Below, piece by piece: positions 23,253 through 37,400 of a DNA stretch of 64,000 nucleotides. A model generated the notes under the pieces. It had not been told where the DNA came from. It searched no databases and worked only from the letters and a program-made list of their open reading frames with translations. Source of the DNA: Raillietiella orientalis (taxonomy: Eukaryota); NCBI GenBank assembly GCA_036172245.1, contig JAYWIR010000029.1, positions 1,612,001-1,676,000 of the forward strand, in the 5' to 3' direction. The translations under genes and the position numbers were made by a program. Within the stretch, counting starts at the first letter, position 1. Each line of letters begins with the position of its first letter.

Positions 23253-23979
23253 TGAAAAGTGACTCGTGTACAATTTTTGTTTCCTCCCTCTTTGGGGGAT
23301 AAGTGCCAGCAGGATCAGGTGGGAGGAATGAGATAGATGGAAGCACAGAAGCAAGAAATGGTAGCGTTGGATTGGGATTTAGAGATTGCTGATCGCAGAA
23401 CCCTCATGCGCATGGAACAGAACATCCGCGAAAAACCAGAAGTGAAGTTCTGTTTCCTTCAATCTCCTGGAAGCTCAGGACCGAAGAACAACCTCATTCT
23501 TGAACTGTTACATTCAAATGGAATTGAAGAAATCAGTTTCGCGGTACCGCAGGCACCGTCGATGAGGATGTTGTTGTTCATCATCCTGTTCTAAAACCTG
23601 TAGAAGTCCCCCCCCCTCTCCCCTCCTTCCGACGTGCACAGCTGTGTTTCCTCAGCGAAAGTTACACACCAGAAAACAATTCCATAGAGTATTAGTTCAA
23701 ATAAATGGATGTCTAACTCTTGTTGCTTTTACAGCCCTGCCTCTGACTTTGAGGCTGCTGTCTTCGTATCTTCGTGGTTCCATTGCAGATAAAAAAAATC
23801 TCGCACACGAAAAAGACGATATTGTGTCTCGAAAAGACTCGAACAAGAATAGAAAGCTATGCTGGTTCATGACATCACAGGTACACGAATAAGAACAAAG
23901 AACCATAGAAAGGGTTCAGTCGGCTACCACTGGTGTTACAGACGCAGCTCCGGTCTCTCTGAGAGGCTCACCCGGCGTG

Positions 23980-25300
23980 CAGTTATTAGGAATTGTGCCA
24001 CTTTGCACCCTTCAGGTCAATTCAGTTCCAGCCTTCCTTGTTCCATCTGCGTCCTGTGTGGCACCTCTAACGAGTTCCTCTAAAAAAGAAAGTTTTCTGA
24101 AGCTCCAAAGATGGTGGAAAATGTTGGATCAAAAGCTCCTTCTGGCTGACTTGAGCCAACGCGTGAATATCCCAAGAACTCATGCGTCCGTAGGAAAGAC
24201 GAGAAGAGGGAAGATGACTCTTCCGGAGGAGATGGATTCTGGAGACAGCTCTTCGAAGCTGCAATTGGAAGCAGGGCTCTTGCTCCTTTCATCTTGGGAT
24301 TCCGTTGCTGGCAAGGGAAGAAGGCGTTTCCTACAAGTACAGGTCTTTCGTTCTACTGAATCAAAGGAACCAAGCAAAGAATTTCCAATCTGCGAACCGA
24401 GAAGGGGTTACAGCCAGCTGCAGTGAAGCTGGATAAACCCATCTGTTACCTTGTTCTGGACTATCGGAGGCTTGCGTAGAAGAGGGATCCGTATTCAGCA
24501 GTCAGCATCTGATTACGAAGCGGTGCCTCAGGCATGGAAGACAAGATAGCCGGAGCCGGAGATCTAGTGCATGCGAAAGGACGCTTCCTGTCAAACAAGC
24601 AAGATTTTCGGGAATGCACCTGGTGCAGGTGCGATCTGAGCGGGAAAGAAAGTCCTTGCTGAAACGGAAGAGTTACAGCTGATGCAGCGGATCACAGTGA
24701 GTGGCTGGCTGGCATGAGCCGACTAGATCTCGTAATACCTTCATAAAGAAGATTTCTTAGTTCCGCCCAGGGATCGAGGAGTCGTCATAACGGGTGCCTC
24801 TCCAGTGTTCTTTCCCTCTGCATCCGGACATCGAGAGGTGTGTTCCTTGAAGATGAATCACGCCGTATATCCGTTTGCCACGAAACTGCTTCCAACGAGG
24901 CAGCTTCTCCCAGTCTCCGATTCCCATTTTTCACTTCAAGAAAGCTTCTGAACAGTCAATAACTTACGCACGGGTCCGGAATTTTCACTCCTGCCTGGAG
25001 GAGAGGCGACTCCTGCGAAAGGCAACCGGTAGGCTCATTTGCTAAGCTGTGTAGCTCATTAAGCTGAAGTCTTCATATTGTAAACCCGTGATTAGCACAT
25101 GCCATGGTCTGCATCGCTTCGGGCGATGTGGTCACTTCATTATTCATCCACCCTGAGCCATTATGAATGCACTTAGATGACGTCAGTCTTCACAACAGAA
25201 GTAGCCTCGAAGACCTTATTTCTGTCATGGACTCTCTCGTACATCTCTTGGGATGTCTTTGGTTTCGACAAGTCTTGGTGCCTTTGAATCGTTGGATTTC
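23980..25300 (+). mobile_element. DIRS-like RT/RNase H remnant nested in the BEL/Pao element
   Basis: LLLADLSQRVN, FILGFRCWQG, GVSYKYRS, ICYLVLD and HNRSSLEDLISVMDSL...RQVLVPLN; opposite strand to the host element. Confidence 0.4.
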
Positions 25301-28300
25301 GTCGTTTTTTTTCTTCTTCTTGCAAGTTTCTGGTTCTGCATCCATAAGATGAATGGCAATGATCCTCTGAATACGGCGGACAGTGCATTTGTGTAGAACG
25401 GGTTTCTATTGACAGGACGTGAATCCAGCTGAATGTTTCAGAATCTCCTCTGACGACTTCCGTTTGTTTGGAAATACTCTGGGTCCTTTTCATCTGGAGG
25501 GTAGAGGACACCCGTTCGGCAAAATCCGTTTCTTCTTTTTATCGAATTCACCTCTTCGTGCGGTGCATTTTGCGCGAGGGAACGGAAAATCTTTCTCTTC
25601 CCTGTTTGCACCGTGGAAAAGTTCCACTTCGTGTCTGCAGTAGTCGATCTTCGGAAGAGATGGCACTCGAGAAAGGCAAGAGCAATCCAAGGCGAAGACC
25701 AAAGAGCAGTTCAGTCTTCATCCTGGACTGTTCTCGATCTTCATGACGATCGGCAGCAACGGATTAGAATTCGAATGGAACGGTCAAGAAAAGATGAACT
25801 TGTGCACGACTTTTTGTTTTGGTGGACTTTGGATGCTTCGTGGAATTTTGTACCTGGCTAGTAGGCCCATTATTCTTTCCTGATTTTGTTTTTTTCTTTT
25901 TCTTTTCTCGATTGGAACTCATATTCCTTGATAGCTCATCCAGGAAATCGCTCCAAATTAGCCTTCACTTTAGAGTTTCAACTTGCGTCCCCGACCCGGT
26001 TGCATCCGACAAACCTGACGGTGAGCAAACTTTCTGCAACCATTTCCGTCGAGTGATCGTTACCGTGCGACATGATCCTTCCGAAAAATGAAAGAAAAAA
26101 AGGAGCACGGTTTCAACCATGGCAACCCCTTGCGTTGCGATGCATGGTCTCTCAAACCTACATCGCCCTCCCGCGACTTTGTGGCATCGTTTGATGGTCG
26201 CCAGCGCTCTGCTCCTACTCGAATGACACAATACATCTCGTGTTTTGCGTAAATCTTACATATGCTCAAGAGAAACAATCAATCTCTGTCACCTACTGAC
26301 GTCTACAACTTTCCGTTTATGATCCCATCTCAGAACTCGTGATTTGAGACCATTATCAAAACCGTTCTTCGTTTAATTTGATCCTCAATTTGTGGACGAC
26401 CATTCAGGCATCCCTTAATGATAAGAACGAACATTCAACGATCCTCCCCCATGTTTCACTTTTATTGAGACCCGTCAGCGTGTGACGCGAGTGTGCAAGA
26501 GGCGATGGAGCCGCAGTGAAGATTCGAACCGCCTGCGTAATCGACGTGCTAATATGAAGAAACCCTTACTTTGGGAACCCGAATTAGCAGTACTCCTTCG
26601 TGGCCACACATCAAGCGTGCATCACTGCAGGCTTATCTGCGATCGGAACTACGGAGGGGAAAAGCGGCGAGTTGCCTCGGCCTACCCATAAATTTCGTCC
26701 ACCTTCGGCAAAGTAGCTTGCTCGGATGATTGCTCCACAATCACCTCCTGGCCACAAGAGACCGGCGGCTCTTCGACCGGCTAGCCGTTTCCTTTCGACC
26801 AGAGGTGAGCCTTATTCCTCAATCCTGATATGGCGATCGGAGCAAGGTCAGAGAAGCGAGCCAGCAAGAGGACCGGGGGAGGTTCGAAGGGTCGACTCGA
26901 ACAACAAGGTTCTTTCGGAATTCAGGATGATGCCGAGGCGACACGTTGTCGAGCACTCTCCGGCGTTTGGGCTCCCCGCAGAACACAAGCAGCCTCCTCC
27001 CCTTTCCGAGCTCCCGGTTCTTTACTAAAACGAAAAAAAGAAAGCTTTTCCCTGATGTGAGACATGTCGGGCACCCACTCCGCGAAAATAGTTGGGAGCC
27101 TCCACGTATCGGTCAGCAATGACAGACAGATTGATGTGCGCTTTGGCTTCACTCGAAGGAACCTGAAGGCAGACAGCACGTGCATTTGCTAATTCCCCGT
27201 CATCCGCCCATTTCGTTACAGCTGTAAACTTTCATTTCTAACTTTTCCCTTCTTTTTTTCCTTTTAGAACTTTCCTGGCCTCTTCTCCGCCGATCGGAAC
27301 GAAAGCCCAGCATCGGCGGTCCATCCTTCGGAAAGGTGTCATTCCGAAAGAGTTTTCCTCTTCTCCCTCAGACTTCTGAAAAAAATGGCTGGAGATCTTT
27401 CCTGCATTATAAATCTCGAAAATTGACAAATCACAGAACCGATGCCTATCAATAGCTGGAAAATTAAACTCACTTTTTGATCATAGGACAGTACGCGCAA
27501 TAAATCATGCGACGCTTTTCTATCATTATTTCTAAAACTCACTGCTTTTATTTTACTCGGATGCTGCGTCTCGTGACTACGGCATGCACGTTTCCGGTAA
27601 GAGCTCCGGGTTCCACAAAGGGAACAATTACAACCATTACTCCGGGGTTTGGTTTTCACAACGAATAATCATCTTCGACACTTGTCTCCTAATTAATAAT
27701 TGTAAAGTAGCCTTTATCAGTGATGAAGAATGATGAGCATTCCTTTCGAATCACGCAGAGACCGAATTATCATCCTGGGATTTTTCTACATCCGCCCTTC
27801 TATCGAGTCGGGATTGCGAATTGGAAGCATATTTCTTTTATCACCGGAATGGCGAAGAGGGGTTTACACCTTGCCATAAATCAGCCTGCCTGAAGAATTG
27901 GTAATCACGTTCCTATTGGAGGAAATTAGCCAGCAAGTTTGCTGGCACAAAGACGTACACACCTGTGATTGAGCGCGCCTGACGATACCAGCGAGGCCTC
28001 CAGGTGGTGGCACCGAGCAAAGAATTCCCTGGCTTCCCCGGGTCAAGTTGCGTGGAACGCTCGCGACGGTTCGAGCGAGCCTTCCCGTCCTCCCGTGCCT
28101 CGTGGGCACGCGCCCGCTGCGTGCAGACGGACAGCGTCCGTCTCGCGATTCGGAGCGCGGTTCCATCCCGGTGCCCTGTTCCCCGGGAGAGCAGGCGGTC
28201 GCTCGCGCAGGTTCCCAAACATCCCTCTGGAAGACGAGCGCGCCAACACGCACAAAGCCATCTGTCCAAACAAGAGTGAGTCATCATCGGCTCCTCCGCT

Positions 28301-31300
28301 CCACACCAGCCACAGGAGGAGAAAATCTTGCGAAAACGATGATTTTATTTACATTCTTGTTAGCTGAATTGCAGACCAGCCAGGATCTCCGAAAAAGCTT
28401 AGATTGATCGAATGATGAGATACGATGCCAAACGTTTTATTACAACGTCAGTCCAACCGCCTGGAGGTTGCGAATAAATCGCCGGTTCTCTCGAATCCAC
28501 TCACGCGTTCGCGGAGCGGAGGGAAGACAACGGGGAGGAAGACAGGGACGTTGGATTCAACTATTAATTTTTCCCGACAGGTTGTGATTGGAATCATAGA
28601 GTTATCCAGAAATCGATTGGCGGTGTCTCTCCTTCGCTTCAAATGTGCTGTGTGGTCTTCATACGTCGCGATTACAGCTCCCAAGAAGCAATTTCTTCGA
28701 GCAGGGAACACAGCAGTTCTCGGTTACGAAAAGTGGTCCATTTATAGAAATAAATGGCGGGAAACGTGTCCAGTCGAGCGAGCTTTCCTTTGCCCAGGAC
28801 AACCGGATTTCAACAGTCTGCCACGGAGGCACTGCTGTCCTCTCGTCTTTTCAAAGAAAGCGAAGCTCCCGCCCGTTTCGTTCCAAAAAGCACCGAATTT
28901 CCCCTCTGCAAGCAGAACGTTATCTTCCAGAGTCCCCTGCGACGGTCCGACAGCGTGTCACTAAAAACGCAATCGCGGCCTCTGTACAGGAACTGGTGTA
29001 CTGGAACTGGTTTCCTTTAGGATGCACATGGGAGGTCAGGAGTTTTCCTTCTTGACTTGCACTGACCTATAAATCTGTCAACAGCCTCAACTAGTCTGAC
29101 CAAATGCTGTCAATAATCTAAGCATCCAGTCACCATGGCGAAAAGGCTGTGAACAGTCGGGCGTCCGGAAAGCTGGTGATGTGGCATCTAGAAGTCATGC
29201 TATGCACCTGCGTGGCACCATCACGACCTGTCTGTTAGGCGGCCTATTAGCTCGTAATAAAGACTGGATCTGCGATACTTTTGTGATGTAATGAATTTGG
29301 AGGACAGACGCACGTGATTGACGACCGTCTGCACAGAACGGAAAAGTTTTGACCGCTGACGAAGCACGGAGACGAAGATAGGACCAATCAAGATAAGGAT
29401 ATGGGGATTGAAACTAAGCAACAACAGTGACAAGGGTAAACCTCGAAGATAATCTTGGTGAAGTTCCATCCTCTTGCAATTATTGTTCTACACCCTTTCC
29501 ACAATTCGGAAGTTTCCACATGTTCACCATTCGTTTCTAGACAATTTCTTATTTCTGTTGCCTAAGTTTGGGGACTGCACTGGCTGCAGGAGGGTGTGCT
29601 GAAAGGTCAGCTGATTTTGATTTCGGACAGTAGCAGAGTAGCGATGTTAGTAGCCTTCAGAGGACTCTGTGTTCCTGGTATTGCTGCGATTTGTTTACTG
29701 CCGTCATTTTGCCTGACAGCAAACGGTAGGTCCATGTTTATCTCGGCGCTCCTTTTCTTGTTTGTTTTTTTGTCGCTTTTTTCTTTATCCCCATATTGTC
29801 ATCCCATCCCATCCTCCATGAAATCTGTAAAGGTTCAGCGATCTTGAAAAGTCTTCAAGAGGAGATACGGAGCCGCAAATGCTGCCATCTCTTGGGCCCT
29901 CATTTTTGCTTTTCTCGCCATGCCTTTCCCTCATTTTCGAGACTCCTCGAACTTTCGAGACTGCAAGACTTCGTGAAGTCTCGAGCCTTTACATGTCCAG
30001 GCAAGCAACAGCTGCATTTATTTTTTGCATGGTGCCCCATACTTTGCTTTCATTTGTTTCGTTGCTTCAGGTACCGCTTCTTTCCCCCCTGGGTAATTTT
30101 ATACTAACCTCTCCTGAAGAATCCAGAGCACTAGCTATCACACCAGGTCACGGAACCAGCCTTGAGTGTACTCCGCGAACCCTTTTCCCTCAGGGAATCA
30201 GTCAATCCTCCCCTTTTCCAGAAACCTCCTTGGAGCATTCTAATAGTATTTGATCTTTCCTCAAAGAACCGAGTTTACAACGATTAAGAAATTTGGTCGT
30301 CACATCTGAGGGAGATGTGGAACCAATTCGATAACGGTCCTCCTGAATATATAAGCTCATAAATTTCCGCTTCGAAGGCAGAATGATCGAAGCTCTCGAA
30401 ACTCACCAAAAATTACTACCTGCTGAAGCCTTTAGACGTAGGAAGCGATGAAAGTCTTTTACCCAGATTATGGACTCTTTTCGCCTTGGTGGAACGGTTG
30501 CCGAGTAATTAGGACTCTGCAGCTCCTCTGAGTAGATCCTGTTTGGACTCTAATTGAGGAGAAACGAAATTCAGAACCTGTGGCGTTCTTGGAAGCCGTC
30601 TTGAGCTAGGAAAGCATGCCCTCTTTGGGACCATGCTTCGATTCGGGTCCGTGCCAACCGGCGGCTGTCCCAGGCTCTTCGATTTTCCTGCAACCTGTCT
30701 TCGTTCTCCATGTTTCAGTGCTCGTCAGACTTCCACCGGAAAGCGAGCTCCAATTGCCGAACCGGAGCTACTACCCCTGATACACGGCCTATCCATCCTC
30801 ACGTGGGAGCAAAAGAGACTTGCCAGAGAAGCCTAACACCAAACCACGAAGATGGAGGAAAAGAAAAGAGAAGGAGGAACGCTGATGGGCGCAATGCGAA
30901 CAAAAAGACTGGCAAAAAATAACCAGAATGTGGTGATCTAAAAAGATTCCCTCCGCATTGCTGCAGACGGGCAAGCTTAATTTATAGTGGATTTATCTGC
31001 AGGAGCTCAATTTCGTTTTTATCTGTACTGTCAAGAGAGTATTATGCTCCGCAGCAACACTATGCTGTCACCTGCCATGTTATCTGGTTTAATCAAAGCC
31101 GCGTTTTCAATTAGCAGTTGTGACTCGCAGTTTTCCTTCTTGACGGGTGGTTGATATCGGAGTGGCGATCTTGTTCTGAGCAAGACTTGCTCCCTGCACC
31201 TTTTTCGAGGGTGGTTTTTTTCTTTTTTTACATGCGCGGAAGTCAGGCTGGAGGATTGCGGCAGGAATCTCCCTGTTCTGTCGGCTCTCTTCCCGCAATT

Positions 31301-32249
31301 TTCGCCTGCTGTTTTCTTTCTTTCTCCTAGGCAAAGAGACGGTGAACGTGAGAAACCCAACAAACTGCCATCATTTCATTTTAAGGGCACCACGATCTCA
31401 AGCCGTACACTATGAATGATTCGTGTTGCAATACAGCGGGGCCAGCACATTCCAGACTCGATTTTATGGTTCCTCTGTGAAATCTCAAGACGGAGGATGC
31501 TATGGGTTTTTTTTTTGCGCTTGGTTAAAGATGGCCATCAACTTCGCATGTCATACGAAAAGAAGCTGAGAAGGAAGGCGAGCTGGGTTGCAAGGATGGA
31601 CGAGAGAAGGAAGAATCGGGCTACGTGTACACATGCACGGGCATATTTGCAGGAGACGGCTCGATACCTCTAATGGAAGACTTACCACGTTCTTCTCTGG
31701 AGGGAATGGGGAAGAAGAGGGAAGAAAGATTCGGATGCCGCCGATCGGAATGCTAGACGGGAAGAAGGGCAAATCCACATGGCGCGAAGCTTTAAACCAT
31801 CGGAAGACCAGTATAGTTCGAAGCTGCGTCACCTCGGAACGAGAAGGGCTTCCGCAGAGATTTCCAGATCGCCGGTCGAATCAAGAAAAAAAAATAAAGG
31901 CACCCTCGTCCGTCCACACGAACTGAAAAGCACGGCCGAGGCCTCCCTATCCACTTTTCCCTCTTAAAGTCAGTCCCTTTCCCCTCGACACGTTTTCAGG
32001 TTCTTCAGATGCGATTCTTGGTAGGTTCGTGGGCTTTGGAGAGCACGGCTTGGCCGACTGCTTTCCTCGCGCACAGTCTTTAGCAAACAAGAGGCAATCA
32101 TCTCGCTAACGGTGGCAAGCCAAAGGATTGTCGCCCCTGCGGACCGCTGTTGTGGCGTTCGATTCTCTCGGCTGGGGTGCCCTATTTTTCACTGGGAGAA
32201 GAAAGCGAGGGACCGTGAGCGCAAGATGGGATTCCCAGCGGGAAGCCAA

Positions 32250-33300
32250 TAAACAGAGAAGAAAATAAGCAGGAATCTCCAAAGAAGAAGCAGACAGCCT
32301 CGGGGGAGCACGAGGAGACCCTCTCAGGTGCCGCTATGCGAGAAAATCCAATCTCGGGTTCCAACAAGCACACGATCAGTAACCTTGGCAACAGGGAAGA
32401 GAGAGCACCTCTCTCGATATGATTGGAAGACACGCTCCTGGGAACAGCCAAAGTATCCTTCGGGAACCTGAAGTCCTGCGAGAAACTGAAAGGCAGGAAG
32501 GCGTCCGGCGCGTATGAAGGCCTTGGGCTCTGCCTTATGAACCGTGCAGTACAGTTCGCACGTTTCGGGAATGGGTGACTGTTCTCCGAAGGAGGGCAAA
32601 GAATGGATCGGTTCTGGAGCCTCGTAGCATTTGTTCTCAAAAGGCGTCCATCCGCGTCCCTGGAACTCGCGGATGGACTGCAAGAGTTGTGGGTACTCCC
32701 CGTTGGTCCAGGGCTTTGCGATGAGGGTTTCTCTTTGGGTTTCAAAGAGGACTCACAAAGACGCCGTCACCCTCGCGCAAGAATGGACCGTGCCGTGGAG
32801 GCGCAAAGATGCGCTTCCGCCCCTGCTGGCGGGTTGTTCCGGAAAGGAAATTGGTCAGCTAGGGGTCCCACAGGGCCCTCACGTCCCACACGGTATCCGA
32901 GAGGTGGTTCCAAGCGTGGTCCATTCCCTTCCGCATCCGCCACCCTTCTCGGCTTTCGTTCCCAGGGTTTTCGATCCCCCGCCTGAAAACAGCAGCAGTA
33001 CGAAACTGAGTGAGTTCCCCGAAAATTCCAGTCTCTCAACCTCCCACTGACTATGCAGACGAACCTCCGAGGGCCACTGTGAACCTGAGGTCCCCGGAAC
33101 GATGGGGTAATTCGCGATGCACAACCATGAATCTCCTGCTGTCCTACTAGCAAAAACGGCCTAGAGATGGGAGAAAATGCCGAAACCGTGGGCCAAGATA
33201 GCCAGATCATGTCCCAAGTCACGCAGTGCCGTGAACTTCAATGGAAGAGCAGCGGGGCACTGGGAAGTGGGCTGAGATTGTTGGTCTACTCTTCGCCGCA
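32250..33300 (-). mobile_element. DIRS-like RNase H / methyltransferase-like remnant
   Basis: LAILAHGFGIF, AEAHLCAST, APDAFL...FRFPK..VPRSV..LLP. Confidence 0.35.
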
Positions 33301-36300
33301 GCGATGTCTCCCTAACTCGCCAAGGTGGGAGAGATCTGTGAGATCTCGGGGCGCGGGAAATTCCGCGGTACCTCGCACCAACACCAACGACTCCTCCCAA
33401 GAGACTTCCCCGCTGGGGTGAACTCTCTGAAGTCCCAAGAGACAGAGGTGCTCCCAATGATGACTGTTCGTTCCTATCCCTCAAGTCGGTGCTGCTGACT
33501 TTGAGTTCGGAGACTCCCATGCGGCGCTCACCGCTACCACTGGACGGAAGGAAAGAGCCGAAAGTGCATGCTGAGAAGATGGGACATCATCCGATGGCAG
33601 CCCCACGCATGCAGCTGTTGGGGCTAGAAAACCCTCCAAACGATGTTATAAGGTCACAAGCCCGTGGCAAGACCGAGAAGAAAGAAGAGAGTGGTAAACT
33701 AGCATCGTAATAGAAGCCGTCGAATCAAAGCAAAAAAGATGCGGCAGCGCCATCCATCTTCATTTACTGTAAGGAATCGTCTAAATGAAGATTTGTTGGG
33801 TTGACCTCGTCCGCGATGCGTTTTTTAATGGTGTTTACAATGCTTCCAAAGTGTCTTTGAAATAAATCAAAGTTTCTTGTCGATGTCTTCCAGCAGCAGA
33901 GAACCCTTCAAGGGGGAAACCGCCTGAAAGTGACGGGAACAAGGCAGGACGCATCCAAAAAACTCTCTCCAGCCTCATTCCGCCCCTCTTTCGGCCCCAC
34001 ACCGGGACGGAAGGGGAGCGTATGCGGATATCACGACGTCCGGAAGACCTCAGCACGAAGACGGTTGTCTCCTGGGAAAGGCCGCTATCGTCCTCCGGAT
34101 CAACCAATGGGCGGTCAGGCCTGCGCGGTCGAGCAGAGCGCAACCCTCCAGTAAATTCCGAGAGTCCTCCGTTTCCCGTGCACGCTGCAGCCTCCTCGGG
34201 AGGACTGGCTTGGACTGGACTGTTTTTCTGACGTCGTGACTCTGATGTCCTCCTGAGGGGTGAAGTCGAGGAGGCGGAGAGGAAAGGGGAAGGGGGAGCA
34301 GAGGGACCTCGGATTTGGTCACGCGGCACCGCGACAAAGGCCGGGAAGCCCAGGAGCTCCTGCTCCGCCGGCACTCCCGCTCGTCGCGCACCGGCCGAGG
34401 AAGGGACGCACCGCAGGCACGAAGGGGGACGCGAAGGGCGACGAGGAAGCGGCCGGTGGCCGCTGGCACGCCACCGTGACTTCCTCGGAGGACTCACCAC
34501 AGGTCGCTCCCGTTGCGCATCCTTGGATGAGCGCCTCGGGAACGAGACTGTTGCCTAGCAACGTTTTTTTTTTTTTCCTTCCCAAGGGAGAGTGGGATGC
34601 AGAATATGAGACACGCTGGCATCAAAACGATCTTCCCGGAATCTACGAGTGACCTCCTTCCTCCGAAGGTCTCTTGGTCCAGATTCTCCCAGAAAGTTGG
34701 AGAGAAAGGGGGAAGTGTCTATCCTGCCTCATCCGGTTGGGAACTCAGCATCCATGGAAAACCTCTGGGAACGATTCGCGGCAACGCTGTAGTGTCCTCC
34801 TGGTCCCTCCAGGCGGTTCCCCGGTTCCCAGATGTGGCGACATGCGCTCCCTGCGTGGTCTCCTGGTGGCTAGAGCCTCCCTTTTGCTGGCCAAAACCCT
34901 CGAGGGCATCCGGTCGGGGTTTCCGCGATGTCTGACTCCTGACCGAGGCTCTCCCAAGGGAGAACGCCGTCCATGTAGGCGAAGGACCGAGCAGCAAGGG
35001 AGATCTCCATCTGACGCGGAAGATGCAGTCCGTTGCTGGGGAGAAGCAAAGCCCACAATCAGCTCCGCTTCTCCCTAGCTATGTGCCCTTTGACCCCTCC
35101 AAGGAAATGACACGAGGAGAGCCGAAAGGCTTCCGGGCGTGTCGATCCGCTCAGCAAAGAAGGAAAAAGAGTCCCTATGCCCGGAATTACGGAGTCCCTC
35201 CAGGACGACAAAGTTCCTGTCCTCCCTCTTCAGCAACTCCCGCCTCGTTTCTCTCCGAAGCAGGAAGCGGCACCTCTCCCTCCCAAACTCGCCCATGCGT
35301 GAATAGAGATGGAGCGAGGGCGCACCCGAGATGGAACCCTCCCGTAGAGACAGCAGTAGCAGGAATGAAAAAGAGCTCAAAGAAGATGCATCGAAAGATG
35401 CATCTTTCGAGGGAGAGCAGATCATAAAAACTCGATCTGGTGTCCGAGACAGAGCGTTCCTTTGGGGTGGGTGGTGATCTCGAGATCACTGAGCCGCTCT
35501 GATTCACGGAAACATCACAATCATCAAAGAGGGAGGCGGCAGCACAGAGGGGAGGAGACTATGACATCGCGGATGCTGGATGAAGAGGACCCTCGTCTTC
35601 TGGAGAGGGAGCGTGAGGAGGGGGAGGATTGCAGGAGAGCCTTAGCAAGATCTCTGACCCTCCCCTGCAGCATCAACGGCTTGGCTGGATCCTCCGAGAG
35701 TCGGAACTGCCTCCGCATTCGTCGACACCATCAGCATCTTTGTGATCCTCGTGGACCCTCTTGCCTTTCGAAACTGACGCCACGAGTCCGCGCGAGCGAG
35801 CGCGTCCCTAGCCGTTGGCTCGGTACGGGAAAAACAACGAAAACAAACAATTCTTCTCAGTGGAAGGAGCCTCAGAGATTGGTCAAGAGGCGACAAGAAC
35901 GGAGAGGGGAAGGAGGAGGAATAAATGCGTTCTGGACGGCCCCCGACAAGCCGGTGAACTAATGGGTCCCGGTGGCGTCACCGACAGGAGGAAAGTGTTG
36001 GCTTCTCTGGGAAGGCGGAGGCAAGACGGAACTTGGATCGTTTTATTACAGGAGAGGGAGAGAGAGAGAGAGATGAGTAGGAGAGGTGGACAGAGGCACC
36101 GACGATGACCCCTCCCGAGACTTCGACCCCGACGGCGTCTTCGCCTTTTGCTTCTCTCCTCCTTCTCCTCCTCCTCCCAGTTTTTTTTTTTTTTGCTGCC
36201 TCTGCTGCTGCGGGGACAACTCCGGCATCCTCTTGGTGGGGGAGCCGTCTCCGTGCCTGCTGATGCGCCCGGACAAGAGCGAATTCCGTCCCGACGTGAG

Positions 36301-36579
36301 CGAGTGGCTTGTTCGGACCGGAAGTCGCTCCTGCCACGTCATCCGCCCGCTGCGAGCGAGTGGCGCAGCCAGAAACAGCAACCCACTCCCACACACCTCC
36401 CCGAGAAAGGAGGACTTTCGGGAAGTAGAGAGTCGACCAGCTCAGCAAGGGGAGAAAGAGGTCCCTCTTCCCGGGACGAAGCTCCTGTCCTTTCCTTTCG
36501 CCCCATACCTCTCCGGAGAAGCCCTCTTTCGCCCCTCCCTCGCAAACTGTCGACCGTAACCACATGGCCCGCGCCGCCG

Positions 36580-37400
36580 GCCATAGGGCTGCTGTCTCGT
36601 GCATGTGGCACCGAGCGTCGCAGGTTTGAATCCTGACTGGGGAAGGATAGATGCCGGAGAAATGGGTACGTCGTGAGTTCGAGTTCCTTCCGCGAGATGA
36701 CGTTAATGGTCCATAATCGGGTGAGGCACTGGTAGAAGCTGGTAAAAACCAGGTATCCCCGATGAGTGGCCTGAAGAAGAGGGAGGAGAAGAAGAGGTGA
36801 GAGAGCTGGCTTGATGAGTGGCCAGCTCACTCACCTCTTCTTGGGAGTCGACCCTCCGGGATCCTTCCAGGAAGCAAAATCAAGGGGCCGGTTCCCATTG
36901 GGGTTCCCCTCTATTTGTTCAAAGGAGCCGGGAGAACTCTCTTCATCTCGTACCATGGAGCTGGTGCATTGGTACCTCTCCAGAGTGTCAAGAAGCGCGC
37001 TGCCTCCTTCAAGGAGCGCTTTCATAAAAATTGGGAAGAGTCCCTTCAGGATTCTCTTCAGAGAAGAAAACCAGGAGCGCATCCATTCCAGAAGCTCCCT
37101 TCGGAGAAGAAACGAGGATGAGCCCCTTACGGAGGATTCCTTTAGGAAGAACAAGGAAGAGATTCCTTCGGGGTTCCCTCCCAAGAGTGAAGGAGGAAAA
37201 GTCTCCTTCATCTGTAACCTTCCTGGATTCATAGGGTGATTGGTTGGTCATCTCGTGGGGTACCCCTATTCCTTGAAGAAGACTTGCATGCACCCCCAGG
37301 TGGTGTGTGACCGAGTGTTAAAGAGCTTCGTGAGCCTCCAGGAGGCGAACTTCAGCACTTGGCGAAACAAAGAAAGGAAAAGCTGGAAGGAAGGCAGCGA
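36580..37400 (+). mobile_element. tRNA-headed SINE-like repeat, copy E
   Basis: GGTTTGAATCC...GAGAAATGGGTACG...GTTCGAGTTCC...CCTTCCAGGAA...CCTTCCTGGATTCATAGGG...AAGAGCTTCGTGAGCCTCCAGGAGG...CAGCACTTGGCGAAAC. Confidence 0.8.

Larger units (their letters stand above)
21330..30640 (-). mobile_element. Decayed BEL/Pao LTR retrotransposon (gag-PR-RT-RH-IN) with nested insertions
   Basis: Domains appear in canonical order on the minus strand. Gag: LSSLPTSKG..FESFDH (~30400). Protease: ANRFLDNSM (~28610). RT: RFLRV..LLTDT..REKLSFFRF (~27030-27170) and FAEGGRNLWVGRGNS (~26690). RNase H region: RVLRWD, RKGLPWLKP, GLSDAT, FHGANRE (25600-26340). Integrase: RFVEKL..., AAHTWWNAAF, KVLSRL (21850-22300), and C-terminal WIAAKRR..KGAKG (~21430). 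Many stops and frameshifts. Confidence 0.6.
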
